64,000 nucleotides of DNA from an uncultured Thermoanaerobaculia bacterium (GTDB lineage Bacteria > Acidobacteriota > Thermoanaerobaculia > Multivoradales > Multivoraceae): positions 325,310 to 389,309 of the forward strand of contig CATOTG010000002.1 in assembly GCA_951813015.1 (NCBI GenBank), in the 5' to 3' direction. Position numbers and translations under genes: made by a program. Within the stretch, counting starts at the first letter, position 1, and each line of letters starts with the position of its first letter. Under the pieces are notes generated by a model, which saw nothing but the letters and a program-made list of their open reading frames with translations, searched no databases and was not told where the DNA came from. This document shows positions 1 through 9,629 of this stretch, piece after piece.

Positions 1-515
1 CGATTCTCGACGCCTACCGGGAGCTCGGCGTGCGCTTCGGCCTGGAGGTCCACCCGACCGAGATCGCCTTCGACACGGTGAGCGCCGAGCGGGCGGTCGA
101 AGCTCTGGGCGGCCATCCCGCCTTCGGCTTCAACTACGATCCCAGCCACCTCGGCTACCAGGGCGTCGACTACGTCGACTTCATCCGCCGGTTCTTTGAC
201 CGCATCTTCCACGTCCACATCAAGGATGCCTGGTGGTCCGACGGGCCCAGGCCCTGCGGCGTCTTCGGCGGTCACACGAACTTCGGCGATCACCGCCGGT
301 TCTGGGACTTCCGCTCGCCCGGCCGCGGCTCGGTCGACTTCGAGGAGATCATCCGGGCTCTGAACGACATCGGCTACGACGGACCGCTCTCCGTCGAGTG
401 GGAAGACTCCGGGATGGACCGCGAGCACGGCGCCGCCGAAGCGGCCGATTTCGTCAGGGCGCTCGACTTCGCGCCGTCGGTGATCGCCTTCGACGCCGCG
501 TTCGAGGACAACTGA
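1..515 (+). CDS. Sugar phosphate isomerase/epimerase (xylose-isomerase-like TIM barrel), 5' end cut by the window edge
   Basis: ORF 30..515 stays open to position 1 in the same frame. C-terminal motifs ([21 protein letters not shown]) are typical of the AP-endonuclease-2 / xylose-isomerase-like TIM-barrel family. It sits directly upstream of xylA and xylB. Confidence 0.6.
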   Translation, partial: ILDAYRELGVRFGLEVHPTEIAFDTVSAERAVEALGGHPAFGFNYDPSHLGYQGVDYVDFIRRFFDRIFHVHIKDAWWSDGPRPCGVFGGHTNFGDHRRFWDFRSPGRGSVDFEEIIRALNDIGYDGPLSVEWEDSGMDREHGAAEAADFVRALDFAPSVIAFDAAFEDN

Positions 516-540
516 GGAACTCGCCCGAGGAGGTTGACCG

Positions 541-1881
541 ATGACGTTCTTCCCCGAGGTCGAAAGGCCGATCCCCTTTCGCGGACCGGACAGCCGGGAT
601 CCGCTCGCGTTCAAGTACTACGACCGCTCACGCCGGGTCGGCCGCAGGTCGATGGAGCGGCAACTCAAGTTCTCGGTCGCCTGGTGGCACACGTTCAAGG
701 GCGGCGGCCAGGATCCGTTCGGACCGGACCCCGTGTACGACCGGCCCTGGGACGACGCCTCGACGCCGCTAGACGCGGCGCGGCAAACACTCGACGCCGC
801 GTTCGAGTTCTTCACCAAGCTCGGCGTGCCCTACTACTGCTTCCACGACCGGGACATTGCGCCCGAGGGCAACTCCGTCGCCGAGAGCAACGAGTACCTG
901 GACGAGATCGTCCAACTGGCGAAGGCCAGGCAACGGGAGACCGGCGTCAAGCTGCTCTGGGGCACCGCGAACCTGTTCGGCCATCCGCGCTACACCCACG
1001 GCGCGGCGACCAACCCCGATCCCGGAGTCTTCGCCCACGCGGCCGCCCAGGTGCGTCGCGCGATCGACGCGACGATCGAACTCGGCGGCAACGGCTACGT
1101 GTTCTGGGGCGGCCGCGAGGGCTACACCTCGCTGATCAACACGGACATGCGCCACGAGCGGGAGCAGATGGCCGCCTTCCTCCGACTCGCCGTCGACTAC
1201 GCGCGACGTCAGGGCTTCGAGGGCAAGTTCTTCCTCGAGCCCAAGGCGAAGGAGCCCTCGGTTCACCAGTACGACTTCGACTGCGGTCACTGCCTGAACT
1301 TCCTGCGCGAGTTCGATCTGACCGATGACTTCATGCTGAACGTCGAGGCGAATCACGCGACGCTCGCCACCCACTCCTTCGAACACGAACTGGCGACCGC
1401 GGCGGGCGCCGGCATGCTCGGCAGCGTCGACATCAACCGCGGGCTGGAAGGCGTCGGCTGGGACACGGACAACTTCGCGATGAGCCTCCGCGAGTGCGTC
1501 CTGGCCCTGCTCATCATCCAGGGCCAGGGCGGCCTGCGCTGGGGCGGCCTGAACTTCGACGCGAAGGTGCGGCGGGGCTCCTTCGACACGGTCGACCTGT
1601 TCTACGCCCACATCGCGTCGATGGACGTCTTCGCCAAGGCTCTCCTGATCGTCGACCGGATACGGAAGGACGGCGTCCTCGGCCTCGCCGGCAAGCGGAT
1701 CCGGCAACGCTACGCCGGCTACCGGCGCGGCCTCGGCCGCAAGCTCCTGGCCGGCGAAACGACCCTCGAGGAACTCGAGGACTGGGCCGGACGAGTCGGC
1801 GAACCGCCGAAGGTCAGCGGCCGCCAGGAAGAGCTCGAGAGCATCCTCAACGACTACCTGTACAGCACCCGCATCGAGTGA
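541..1881 (+). CDS. xylA: Xylose isomerase, class II (long N-terminus)
   Basis: 446-aa ORF with signature stretches FHDRDIAPEG, WGGREGY, FLLEPKPKEP-like and the class II N-terminal extension. ATG at 541. Confidence 0.9.
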   Translation: MTFFPEVERPIPFRGPDSRDPLAFKYYDRSRRVGRRSMERQLKFSVAWWHTFKGGGQDPFGPDPVYDRPWDDASTPLDAARQTLDAAFEFFTKLGVPYYCFHDRDIAPEGNSVAESNEYLDEIVQLAKARQRETGVKLLWGTANLFGHPRYTHGAATNPDPGVFAHAAAQVRRAIDATIELGGNGYVFWGGREGYTSLINTDMRHEREQMAAFLRLAVDYARRQGFEGKFFLEPKAKEPSVHQYDFDCGHCLNFLREFDLTDDFMLNVEANHATLATHSFEHELATAAGAGMLGSVDINRGLEGVGWDTDNFAMSLRECVLALLIIQGQGGLRWGGLNFDAKVRRGSFDTVDLFYAHIASMDVFAKALLIVDRIRKDGVLGLAGKRIRQRYAGYRRGLGRKLLAGETTLEELEDWAGRVGEPPKVSGRQEELESILNDYLYSTRIE

Positions 1882-3452
1882 GCTGCGGTCCGCTGTACCT
1901 GGGTATCGACGTCGGCACCCAAAGCCTGACCGCGATCCTGATCGAGGCGCCGCCGCCGGACGGGGAGGGCAAGGACAGGGCCAGCCGCGTCGCCGCGCGC
2001 GCAACCGTTCACTACGACTCCGAACTGCCGGCGTACGGCACCGTCAGCGGACAGCTTCCGAACGACGATCCGGCGATCGGACGGGTACCGCCCTGCATGT
2101 GGATCGAGGCCCTGGATCTGGCGTTGGAACGACTGGGCGGCGATCTTTGCGGGAAGGTCTGCGGCCTGTCGGTGTCCGGCCAGCAGCACGGCTCCGTCTA
2201 CCTCCGGGCCGGCAGCGACCGCGCACTCCGGTCTCTGACCGCGGACCGGAACCTCGCCGAGCAGATCGAGCCTCTCCTTGCCCGCAGCGAAGCACCGATC
2301 TGGACCGACTCCTCCACCGGGCGGGAATGCGAAGAGATCCGGCGGGCGCTCGGCGGCGCCGCGGCGACCGCCGAACTCACCGGCAGCAACACCTTCGAGC
2401 GCTTCACCGGGCCTCAGATCCGGCGCTTCGCTCGGACCCGGCCCGACGAATGGACCGATACGGCACACGTCTGCCTGGTCAGCTCGTTCGTCACCTCGGT
2501 CCTGGCCGGCCGGCTGACGGCGATCGACCACGGTGACGGCTCGGGCATGAATCTGCTCGACATCCGGCGGCGGGAGTGGTCGCCCGCGGCGATGGCGGCC
2601 ACCGCAACCGAACTTGAGCGCCGTCTCCTCCCGTCGCAACCGCCCTGGACGGTCGTCGGCGCGATAGCTCCCTGCTTCGTCTCCCGGTACGGCTTCCCGC
2701 CGGATACGCGAGTGTCCATCGGCTCCGGGGACAACCCCTGTTCCCTGGTCGGCGTCGGTGTGCGCGAACCCGGCGAAGCGGTGCTGAGCCTGGGCACCAG
2801 CGACACCTGCTTCTGCCTCATGCCCGACATCGCCGTCGACCCGGACGCCAACGGCCACGTGTTCATCGCGCCGAGTGGACATCCGATGAGCCTGATCTGC
2901 TTCCGCAACGGGTCGCTCGCGCGCGAAGCGGTGCGGGACCGCCACGGTCTCGACTGGCAGGGCTTCGAGGACGCGCTGCGGTCCACGCCGCCGGGCAACG
3001 ACGGGATGATGATGATCCCGTGGTTCGAACCGGAGATCGTCCCGCGCGTGGCGTCGCCCGGGGTCGTTCGGCTGGGCGGTCTGGAGGACGCACCCGAGCA
3101 GGCGGCCGCGAACTGCCGTGCCGTCGTCGAGGGGCAGTTCCTGTCCATGCGGCTCAACTCGGAATGGATGGCGACCCGGCCCAGCCGGATTCTGGCGACC
3201 GGAGGCGGCGCCCACAATCGGGAGATGCTTCAGATCGCCGCCGACGTGATGGGCTGCCCCGTCGAGGGACACGAGGCAACCGACGGCGCAGCCCTGGGCG
3301 CCGCTCTGCGCGCGACCGGGCGCAGGCCGTACCCGCTGCCACCGGCCGGCGGACCCGGACCTGCCGCCGCGCCCCGCCCCCAGGCGGCCGCGGTCTACGA
3401 CCGGTTGCTTGCGCGGTACGCCGAAGCGCAGCGCAGGGCGTTAGGGCCTTAG
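1878..3452 (+). CDS. xylB: Xylulokinase (FGGY carbohydrate kinase)
   Basis: FGGY kinase N-terminus LYLGIDVGTQS...QQHGSVYL. GTG start at 1878 overlaps the xylA stop as GTGA. The long ORF 1494..3452 trimmed to this start gives about 524 aa. Confidence 0.8.
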   Translation: MSCGPLYLGIDVGTQSLTAILIEAPPPDGEGKDRASRVAARATVHYDSELPAYGTVSGQLPNDDPAIGRVPPCMWIEALDLALERLGGDLCGKVCGLSVSGQQHGSVYLRAGSDRALRSLTADRNLAEQIEPLLARSEAPIWTDSSTGRECEEIRRALGGAAATAELTGSNTFERFTGPQIRRFARTRPDEWTDTAHVCLVSSFVTSVLAGRLTAIDHGDGSGMNLLDIRRREWSPAAMAATATELERRLLPSQPPWTVVGAIAPCFVSRYGFPPDTRVSIGSGDNPCSLVGVGVREPGEAVLSLGTSDTCFCLMPDIAVDPDANGHVFIAPSGHPMSLICFRNGSLAREAVRDRHGLDWQGFEDALRSTPPGNDGMMMIPWFEPEIVPRVASPGVVRLGGLEDAPEQAAANCRAVVEGQFLSMRLNSEWMATRPSRILATGGGAHNREMLQIAADVMGCPVEGHEATDGAALGAALRATGRRPYPLPPAGGPGPAAAPRPQAAAVYDRLLARYAEAQRRALGP

Positions 3453-3453
3453 G

Positions 3454-3603
3454 GCAAAGACCGGGCGCCCGCGGAGACCGGGAGCGTGCGCCACCTCCGT
3501 CGACAGCGGCAGGCGCAAGAGCCGGGCGCGCGCGGAGACCGGTCCATCACGGGAGGGGTTCGCCGATGGCGCACAGCCAAGACCGGGCGCCCGCAGAGAC
3601 CGG
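3454..3603. repeat. Three imperfect 28-bp direct repeats (gcaaagaccgggcgcccgcggagaccgg-like) at an exact 61-bp period, leaving 33-bp spacers: a CRISPR-like mini array with no cas genes
   Basis: Repeat copies at 3454-3481, 3515-3542 and 3576-3603, with 2-4 mismatches between copies. They sit in the convergent intergenic gap between xylB and the minus-strand membrane-protein gene. Confidence 0.6.
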
Positions 3604-3612
3604 GTGCGCCGG

Positions 3613-4566
3613 CTAGGGCAGCGCTCCGTAGAGTTCCCTGACCTTCGCGCGAACACGGTCGCCGTTGTCCGGACCCAGGCGCAGCAGGAGCTTCTGAGCC
3701 GGGCTCAATCCTTCGAGCCCGGGATCGACGTACTCGAAGCTGATCACCCGCAACCGGAGTTCCGGCACAGCGTCGGGGACGGGCGTCGCCAGCAGCCTGG
3801 TCACGGCGAGTTCGAGCGTGTCGCCGAACTCGTTGGGGTATCCGAGTTCGTCGTGCGCCTGCTCGAACAAGGGCGCCAGGCGCTGATAGGCGCCGGCGGC
3901 CCCGGACACATCGATCGAGTCGAGGACTTCGACCGCCAGATCGTAGCGGCGGAAGCTCGTCTCGGCCGGGTAGAAGCGCTGCCCCCGCCGCACCACGCTG
4001 AAGCCCTCCTCGGGGCGTAGCGGCTCCAGGCTGGACTGGGGCGGCTCGTCGTAGGCAACGGCGCCGACCGCGCGCACGAAGTTCATCGCCAGTTCCTCGG
4101 GAACAAGCCACGCCAGCCACTCGGCGTGCTGCGACAGGCCGCCCACGACGTCCCGAACCAGGGAATCGCTCCCGGACAGGGCCGGGAGCGCCGGCGGTTC
4201 AGCGGCCGGAACATCGACCGCCGGCGGCGCCGCAGCCGGTTCGGGGGCAGTGACTGCCTCAGCGGCCGCAGCAGCGGCGGCGGGATCGACCGCATCCGCG
4301 GAGCGGCTGGCGAACCACCACCAGATCACGGCGCCGCCGCCAAGCAGAATCAGGCCCGCGATGACGATGACGGTTATCGTCCCGGAACGCGCCGGCGACC
4401 CTTCGGGCGAGTCGCCCGAGTCCCCGTCTCCTCGTTCGGGTCCCTCGGAAGCCGGCGCCCGGCTCAGGTTCAAAGGGAGATCGAAGACCGGATCGCTGCG
4501 GTCAGGCTCGTTCCCGGGCGCCCCAAAATCATCGGGCCGGGTCTCCCCCGGCGGTTTCTCGTCCAT
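3613..4566 (-). CDS. Hypothetical membrane-anchored protein: single N-terminal TM helix, Ala/Pro-rich linker, conserved C-terminal domain (possibly DUF3014-like)
   Basis: Long ORF 3613..4926 trimmed to the internal ATG at 4566 (MDEKPPGETRPDDF...). That choice gives a 71-bp gap to the upstream VWA gene instead of an overlap. Hydrophobic stretch ITVIVIAGLILLGGGAVIWWWF. Last gene of the MoxR-VWA operon. Confidence 0.5.
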   Translation of the reverse strand: MDEKPPGETRPDDFGAPGNEPDRSDPVFDLPLNLSRAPASEGPERGDGDSGDSPEGSPARSGTITVIVIAGLILLGGGAVIWWWFASRSADAVDPAAAAAAAEAVTAPEPAAAPPAVDVPAAEPPALPALSGSDSLVRDVVGGLSQHAEWLAWLVPEELAMNFVRAVGAVAYDEPPQSSLEPLRPEEGFSVVRRGQRFYPAETSFRRYDLAVEVLDSIDVSGAAGAYQRLAPLFEQAHDELGYPNEFGDTLELAVTRLLATPVPDAVPELRLRVISFEYVDPGLEGLSPAQKLLLRLGPDNGDRVRAKVRELYGALP

Positions 4567-4637
4567 TGCCACAGTGTAACGCCGGCCGGCCGACGGACCA
4601 TTCCGCGGCCCCTGGGAGTGAGACCGACTCGCCCCGA

Positions 4638-5831
4638 TCAGGCCGCCAGCGCGCGGTTCGGTCGGATGCCGCGCAGCACGTCGATGCCCTCGGTCAACCC
4701 GTCGATCGTCAACTCGAACATCGGGTAGACCTGCCGGATCAGGTGGATGGTCGGAGCGTTCCAGATCCGCTGCGGCTCCGGATTGAGCCAGATCGAGTTC
4801 GGACAACGGTCGCGGAACTTGCGCAGCCAGTCCAGGCCGGTGACCTGGTTGCTGTGGTAGTAGTCGATCGCGCCGCCGGTGTGGGTCAACTCGTAGGGGC
4901 TCATCCATGCGTCGCCGACCAGGCACACGGACCAGGTGTGATCCAGGCGCTTCAGGATCTCGGACGTGGGTTCGCCCTTCCAGCGGCTGATGTCCGTGTA
5001 CAGGTTCTCGTACACGCAGTTGTGGAAGAACTTGAACTCGAACTTCTTGAAGTGGTTCGCCTTGTGCGCGGCGGAGAACAGCCGCTCGCAGAGCAGGGTG
5101 TGGGGATCCATCGAGCCGCCCACATCGATCAGCAGCAGCAGCTTGATCCGGTTTCGCTTCGGCGGACGGAACACGAGGTCGATCTCGCCGGCGTTGCGGG
5201 CGCTGCTGTCGATCGTCTCGTCGATGTCCAGTTCCTCGGGGCCCTCGTCCTTGTCCAGCTTGCGCAGGCGGCGGAGCGCCAGCCCGATCTGTCGCGTGTC
5301 GAGGATCCGGTCCGACCGCAGATTGCGGAAGCGGCGGTCCGTCGCTACCTGAACCGCGGAGCGCCCGCCGCCCGCACCACCGATGCGAACCCCGGTCGGA
5401 TGCTCGCCGCCATGGCCAAAGGGAGACATGCCACCGGTCCCGATCCAGCGGTTGCCGCCGTCGTGCCGCTCCTTCTGCTCATCCAGCAGGTCCTTGAAGC
5501 GCTCACGCAACTCGTCGAGGTCAAGCGCCTCCAGCCTGGAACGCTCCTCGTCGGTCAACTCCCGCGGCAACTTTGGGTTCGACAGCCACTCCAGCAGTTC
5601 GTCGCTGATGTCGAAGTGGTTCTCGACCCCCATGAAGAAGGAGGCGAAGGCGCGGTCGTAGTTGTCGAAGTCAGCCTCCCGCTTGACCATCAGGCAGCGG
5701 GCCAGGTTGTAGAAGACGTGAAGATCCGCGCGGCTGTAGCCGATCGCGAGCGCCCGCATGAGGGCCAGCCACTCCGTGATCGTCACCTTCAGACCGTAGC
5801 CCCTCAGGTGGTAGAAGAAATCGACGAACAT
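4638..5831 (-). CDS. VWA domain-containing CoxE-like protein (MoxR partner)
   Basis: 397-aa ORF. The C-terminal VWA fold (LLLLIDVGGSMD ...) and N-terminal CoxE-like region are typical of the protein encoded next to MoxR ATPases. Confidence 0.75.
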   Translation of the reverse strand: MFVDFFYHLRGYGLKVTITEWLALMRALAIGYSRADLHVFYNLARCLMVKREADFDNYDRAFASFFMGVENHFDISDELLEWLSNPKLPRELTDEERSRLEALDLDELRERFKDLLDEQKERHDGGNRWIGTGGMSPFGHGGEHPTGVRIGGAGGGRSAVQVATDRRFRNLRSDRILDTRQIGLALRRLRKLDKDEGPEELDIDETIDSSARNAGEIDLVFRPPKRNRIKLLLLIDVGGSMDPHTLLCERLFSAAHKANHFKKFEFKFFHNCVYENLYTDISRWKGEPTSEILKRLDHTWSVCLVGDAWMSPYELTHTGGAIDYYHSNQVTGLDWLRKFRDRCPNSIWLNPEPQRIWNAPTIHLIRQVYPMFELTIDGLTEGIDVLRGIRPNRALAA

Positions 5832-5885
5832 GGCTGGGACTGCGTTCGAGTCGTATCGGGCCTTTGCCGGACCTTCAGCGCGCGC

Positions 5886-6716
5886 TCAGTTGACCCGACC
5901 GCGACGGTGCGCAGCCATCACGGCTTCCAGGTCGTTCTCGCGCTTCATCAGGACACCCAGGAAGGGTAGCTCACTCTCGATCACCTCGGTGCTGACGCCC
6001 CCGCGGCGCAGCGCGGCGATCCAGTCGATCAGCTCGCTGGTCGACGGCTTCTTGCGAATCTCGGGCAGATCGCGCAGCCAGTAGAACCGCAGCAGGACCT
6101 GCTGCAGCAGCTCCGCTTCGACATCCGGATGGTGGACGCGGATGATGTCCTCCATCTCTGCCTTGTCGGGGAACGCGATGTAGTGGAACACGCAGCGGCG
6201 CAGGAAGGCGTCCGGCAGTTCCTTCTCGTTGTTCGAGGTGATGATCACGATCGGCCGGAACCGGGCGCTGTGTTGCTTGCCCGTCTCGTGGACGAAGAAG
6301 CTCATCCGGTCGAGCTCATGGAGCAGGTCGTTCGGGAACTCCATGTCCGCCTTGTCGATCTCGTCGATCAGCAGGACAACGCGCTGATCGGTGAGGAAGG
6401 ACTGCCCGAGCGGGCCGTACTTGATGTACTGGGAGATGTCCGTGATGTCCTTGTCGCCGAAGCGGGCATCGTTGAGCCGTTGCACCGTGTCGTAGACGTA
6501 GAGCCCCTCCTGGGCCTTGCTCGTCGACTTGATGTTCCAGGTCAGCAGCTCCATGACCAGGTTCTCGGCGACCGCCTCGGCGAGCACCGTCTTGCCGGTA
6601 CCCGGTTCGCCACGCACGAGGAGCGGCTTCTCTAGCGCCGCGGCGACGTTCACCGAATCCCGGAGTTCGGGGGCGGCGAGGTAGGAATCCGTGCCTGTGA
6701 AGCTATGAAAGGACAT
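5886..6716 (-). CDS. MoxR-family AAA+ ATPase
   Basis: Start moved to the internal ATG at 6716 (MSFHSFTGTD...). Walker A LLVRGEPGTGKT, Walker B VLLIDEIDKA, sensor and Arg finger are present. Sits 54 bp upstream of the VWA gene. Confidence 0.8.
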   Translation of the reverse strand: MSFHSFTGTDSYLAAPELRDSVNVAAALEKPLLVRGEPGTGKTVLAEAVAENLVMELLTWNIKSTSKAQEGLYVYDTVQRLNDARFGDKDITDISQYIKYGPLGQSFLTDQRVVLLIDEIDKADMEFPNDLLHELDRMSFFVHETGKQHSARFRPIVIITSNNEKELPDAFLRRCVFHYIAFPDKAEMEDIIRVHHPDVEAELLQQVLLRFYWLRDLPEIRKKPSTSELIDWIAALRRGGVSTEVIESELPFLGVLMKRENDLEAVMAAHRRGRVN

Positions 6717-6852
6717 TCTGGCTCTCTCTATCCTCCGGCGTTGCCGGGTCCATCCAACTCGTTTGCGGGCGGGCGCCACTGTAACAGACCGACCGGTCGG
6801 TAGAGAAGAAGCCGTAGACTCGGTCCCACCGTCCAACATGCCGGAGGTCGCC

Positions 6853-7629
6853 ATGAACCAGGTCCAGGAACTTGAACGCCTGATCGACGAAGCGAGCGGG
6901 ATCGTCGCGTTCACGGGAGCGGGCATCAGCACCGAGTCGGGCATCCCGGACTTCCGCAGCCCGGGCGGTATCTGGACGAAGTACAAGCCAATCGACTTCG
7001 GCGAGTTCGTCGCCTCCGAGGAGGCGAGACGCGAGTCCTGGCGGCGCAAGATCGGCAGCGATCGCACGATGTCCAGAGCCAGGCCCAACCGCGGCCACCT
7101 CGCGCTCGCCGAACTCCGCCGCCTGGGAAAGCTCCGGGCCGTGATCACCCAGAACGTCGACGGACTGCACCAGGAATCCGGCATTCCCGACAGCGAGGTG
7201 ATCGAGCTGCACGGCAACGCGACCTACGCCGCCTGCCTCGAGTGCCAGCAGCGCTACGACCTTGGACCCATCGTGGCCGCGTTCCGCGACCGGGAGGAGC
7301 TTCCGGTCTGTTCACGGCAGAACCTGGCCGGCGCCACCTGCGGAGGCATGATCAAGACCGCCACGATCTCGTTCGGCCAGGCGATGCCCGAGCTCGCCAT
7401 GCGACGCGCCCATGAGGCAACCCTGGCCGCCGATCTCTTCCTGGCAATCGGCAGTTCCCTCGTGGTCTACCCGGCCGCCGGCTTCCCCGCCCTCGCCAAA
7501 CAGGCGGGCGCCAGGCTGGTCATCCTGAACCGCGAGGCCACCGACCTCGACGGCATTGCCGACCTCGTGCTCCACGCCGAAATCGGCCCGACGTTGGGTG
7601 CGGTGACCGGCGTGACCGAGCCGAACTAG
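6853..7629 (+). CDS. cobB: NAD-dependent protein deacylase, Sir2 family (CobB-like)
   Basis: Sirtuin motifs GAGISTESGIPDFR, TQNVDGLH and a Zn-binding Cys pair (CLEC...C). ATG at 6853 is preceded by GGAGG with 6-nt spacing. The earlier in-frame ATG at 6838 has no RBS. Confidence 0.8.
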   Translation: MNQVQELERLIDEASGIVAFTGAGISTESGIPDFRSPGGIWTKYKPIDFGEFVASEEARRESWRRKIGSDRTMSRARPNRGHLALAELRRLGKLRAVITQNVDGLHQESGIPDSEVIELHGNATYAACLECQQRYDLGPIVAAFRDREELPVCSRQNLAGATCGGMIKTATISFGQAMPELAMRRAHEATLAADLFLAIGSSLVVYPAAGFPALAKQAGARLVILNREATDLDGIADLVLHAEIGPTLGAVTGVTEPN

Positions 7630-7729
7630 CGAGGCCCGTCCTGTTTCCGGCGACGCACCTGCTTCCGGGTGGACTGCTACAATCCTGGACCGCTCTCGAA
7701 GCTGCGGCCCGTGTCCTCCCTCCAGCACC

Positions 7730-9283
7730 ATGACTGAGACGAACGATCCAGCGCTCGCTCAGGCGCCGGCGGAGGGCGAGGAGCCCCTCGATCCGGCGTC
7801 CCCAACTGCTCAAGACGAAGCGCCCATGGACCAGGTAGAAGCAACGGCCCGGCTGAACGACAACGCGGACCTCGAAGCCGCGACTTCAACCTCCGTGGCG
7901 CCGGAAGCCGAGCAGGCCCCCGGGGCCGAGGCCTCAGCACCGCCCGAGGCCGAAACCCGGCCCGAGGCTGAAACTCGGCCCGAGGCTGGAACCCGGCCCG
8001 AGGCAGTAGCACCGCCCGAGGCTGAAACTCGGCCCGAGGCCGAAACTCGGCCCGAGGCAGTAGCACCGCCCGAGGCCGAAGCCCAGCCCGAGGCCGCGCC
8101 CGAAGAGATGCCGAAAGTCGAACTGGCGCCCGCGGCTATCCCGTTTGCCGCCGCGCTCGAGGCGAAGAACCCGGTCGAGGGCAAGGTGATCGGCTGGAAC
8201 AAGGGCGGCTTTCACGTCCTCTCGGAAGGCGTCGCGACCTTCTGCCCGCGGTCGCTGATGGAACTCGGAAACCGCCCCAAGCCTCCGGCCCGGTACGTGA
8301 ACAACACGTACGCCTTCCACGTCCTCGAAATCAAGGAAGCCGGTCGCCGGATCGTGCTCACCCGGCGCCCGGCCATCCGCAGCGAACGCAGGCGCGCGCT
8401 GGACGAGATTCGCGCCAGGCAGGAGTCCCGCGAGCCGGTCAGCGGCAAGGTGACCTCGGTGACCGACTTCGGCGCCTTCGTCGACCTGGGAGACGGGATC
8501 GGCGGGCTGGTCCACAGGACCCAGATTTCCCGAACCCGATCCGGCGAGCCCGGCGACCTGCTCAAGGTCGGGCAGAGCGTAGAAGCCGTCGTGACCAAGA
8601 TCGAGAAGAAGAAGAGCAAGCGCAGCGCTCGCATCTCGCTGTCGATGAAGGCCCTGGAGGCGGATCCATGGAAGGAGACCGCGAAGAAGTTCACCGCCGG
8701 CGAGAAGTTCAAGGGCAAGGTCGTGCGGCACAGTGAGTTCGGCCTGTTCGTCGAGCTGGCCCCCGGCCTCGACGGTCTCGTGCATACCTCCCAGCTCCCG
8801 ATCGGCAAGCAGATGAGCGCGCCCGAGTTCGCGACCGGCGAGGAGATCGAGGGATGGGTGGTCGAGGTGGCGCCCGGACGGCGCCGGATCGCACTGTCCC
8901 TGCGCGAGGTGCCGGCGAACGATCCCTGGAGGAACCTCGGCGAGCAGTACGAGGAAGGCGCGGAGGTGGAGGGCCGCGTCGAACAGGTCTCGCGCTTCGG
9001 CATCTTCGTTCAACTCGAACCCGGCCTGACCGGTCTGCTGCCGATGTCTGCGGTCACCCTTCCGGACGGCAATCAGGCTCAGCGCGCCTACCCGCCCGGG
9101 CGCCAACTCAAGGTCGTCATCGAGAGCATCGATCGCAAGCGCCGCCGCCTTGGACTCGCGCCGCCGGGCTCGCAGCTCGTCGGCACGAAGGCGGACTACA
9201 AGAACTACCGCAAGCGCCAGAAGAAACCCGCGGCCCTCAACGCGATGGCCGCCGCCTTCGCCAAACTCCAGCAGCCCAAGTGA
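7730..9283 (+). CDS. S1 RNA-binding domain protein: four S1-like domains and an N-terminal acidic PEAETR repeat region
   Basis: 517-aa ORF. Repeated G-K-V-x-x-V-x-x-F-G-x-F-V motifs (S1 fold) occur four times. The low-complexity N-terminus is built from 18-nt repeats. A candidate -10 TACAAT lies at ~7675. Confidence 0.75.
   Translation: MTETNDPALAQAPAEGEEPLDPASPTAQDEAPMDQVEATARLNDNADLEAATSTSVAPEAEQAPGAEASAPPEAETRPEAETRPEAGTRPEAVAPPEAETRPEAETRPEAVAPPEAEAQPEAAPEEMPKVELAPAAIPFAAALEAKNPVEGKVIGWNKGGFHVLSEGVATFCPRSLMELGNRPKPPARYVNNTYAFHVLEIKEAGRRIVLTRRPAIRSERRRALDEIRARQESREPVSGKVTSVTDFGAFVDLGDGIGGLVHRTQISRTRSGEPGDLLKVGQSVEAVVTKIEKKKSKRSARISLSMKALEADPWKETAKKFTAGEKFKGKVVRHSEFGLFVELAPGLDGLVHTSQLPIGKQMSAPEFATGEEIEGWVVEVAPGRRRIALSLREVPANDPWRNLGEQYEEGAEVEGRVEQVSRFGIFVQLEPGLTGLLPMSAVTLPDGNQAQRAYPPGRQLKVVIESIDRKRRRLGLAPPGSQLVGTKADYKNYRKRQKKPAALNAMAAAFAKLQQPK
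7943..8104 (+). repeat. Nine tandem 18-nt repeats (cccgaggcYgaaacYcgg) encoding (P-E-A-E/V-T/A-R/P)n, including a higher-order 54-nt duplication
   Basis: Directly visible in the sequence inside the S1-protein N-terminus. Units 2-4 are nearly identical to units 5-7. Confidence 0.8.
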
Positions 9284-9287
9284 ACCC

Positions 9288-9629
9288 GTGTCCGAAGACC
9301 TGATCTACCGGGTGACGTTCCTGAGCCAGGGCGAGGTCTACGAGGTCTACGCCCGCTCGGTCGCCCAGGGCGGCCTGCTCGGCTTCGTCGAGATCGGCGA
9401 ACTCGTGTTCGGCGAGAAGACGCAGGTCGTCGTCGATCCCTCGGAAGAACGGCTGCAGCGCGAGTTCAGCGGCGTCAGGCGCACGTATCTGCCGATGCAC
9501 TCCGTCCTGCGCATCGACCAGGTGACGAAACAGGGCAACGCCCGCATTCGCGATCTCGAGCGGCCGGAGAACCGGAAGGTCACGCCGTTTCCGATCCCGA
9601 TCTACACGCCCGGTGGAGAGTCCCAATGA
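9288..9629 (+). CDS. Small conserved hypothetical protein (DUF1820-like)
   Basis: GTG at 9288, 4 nt after the S1-gene stop. Conserved core YRVTFLSQGEVYEVYARSV...GFVEIGELVFGE. The ATGA overlap with the downstream skp-like gene suggests an operon. Confidence 0.5.
   Translation: MSEDLIYRVTFLSQGEVYEVYARSVAQGGLLGFVEIGELVFGEKTQVVVDPSEERLQREFSGVRRTYLPMHSVLRIDQVTKQGNARIRDLERPENRKVTPFPIPIYTPGGESQ

Noticed and set aside
769-3272. Long minus-strand ORFs (769..2004, 1854..3272, 2414..3217) antisense to xylA/xylB
   Set aside because: Arg/Pro/Gly/Ala-rich translations are typical of antisense frames in high-GC DNA. The plus-strand frames carry unmistakable XylA/XylB signatures.
3454-3603. Calling the 3-repeat array a bona fide CRISPR locus
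   Set aside because: Only three imperfect repeats, no cas genes, no leader. Kept as a repeat feature and a low-to-moderate-interest finding instead.
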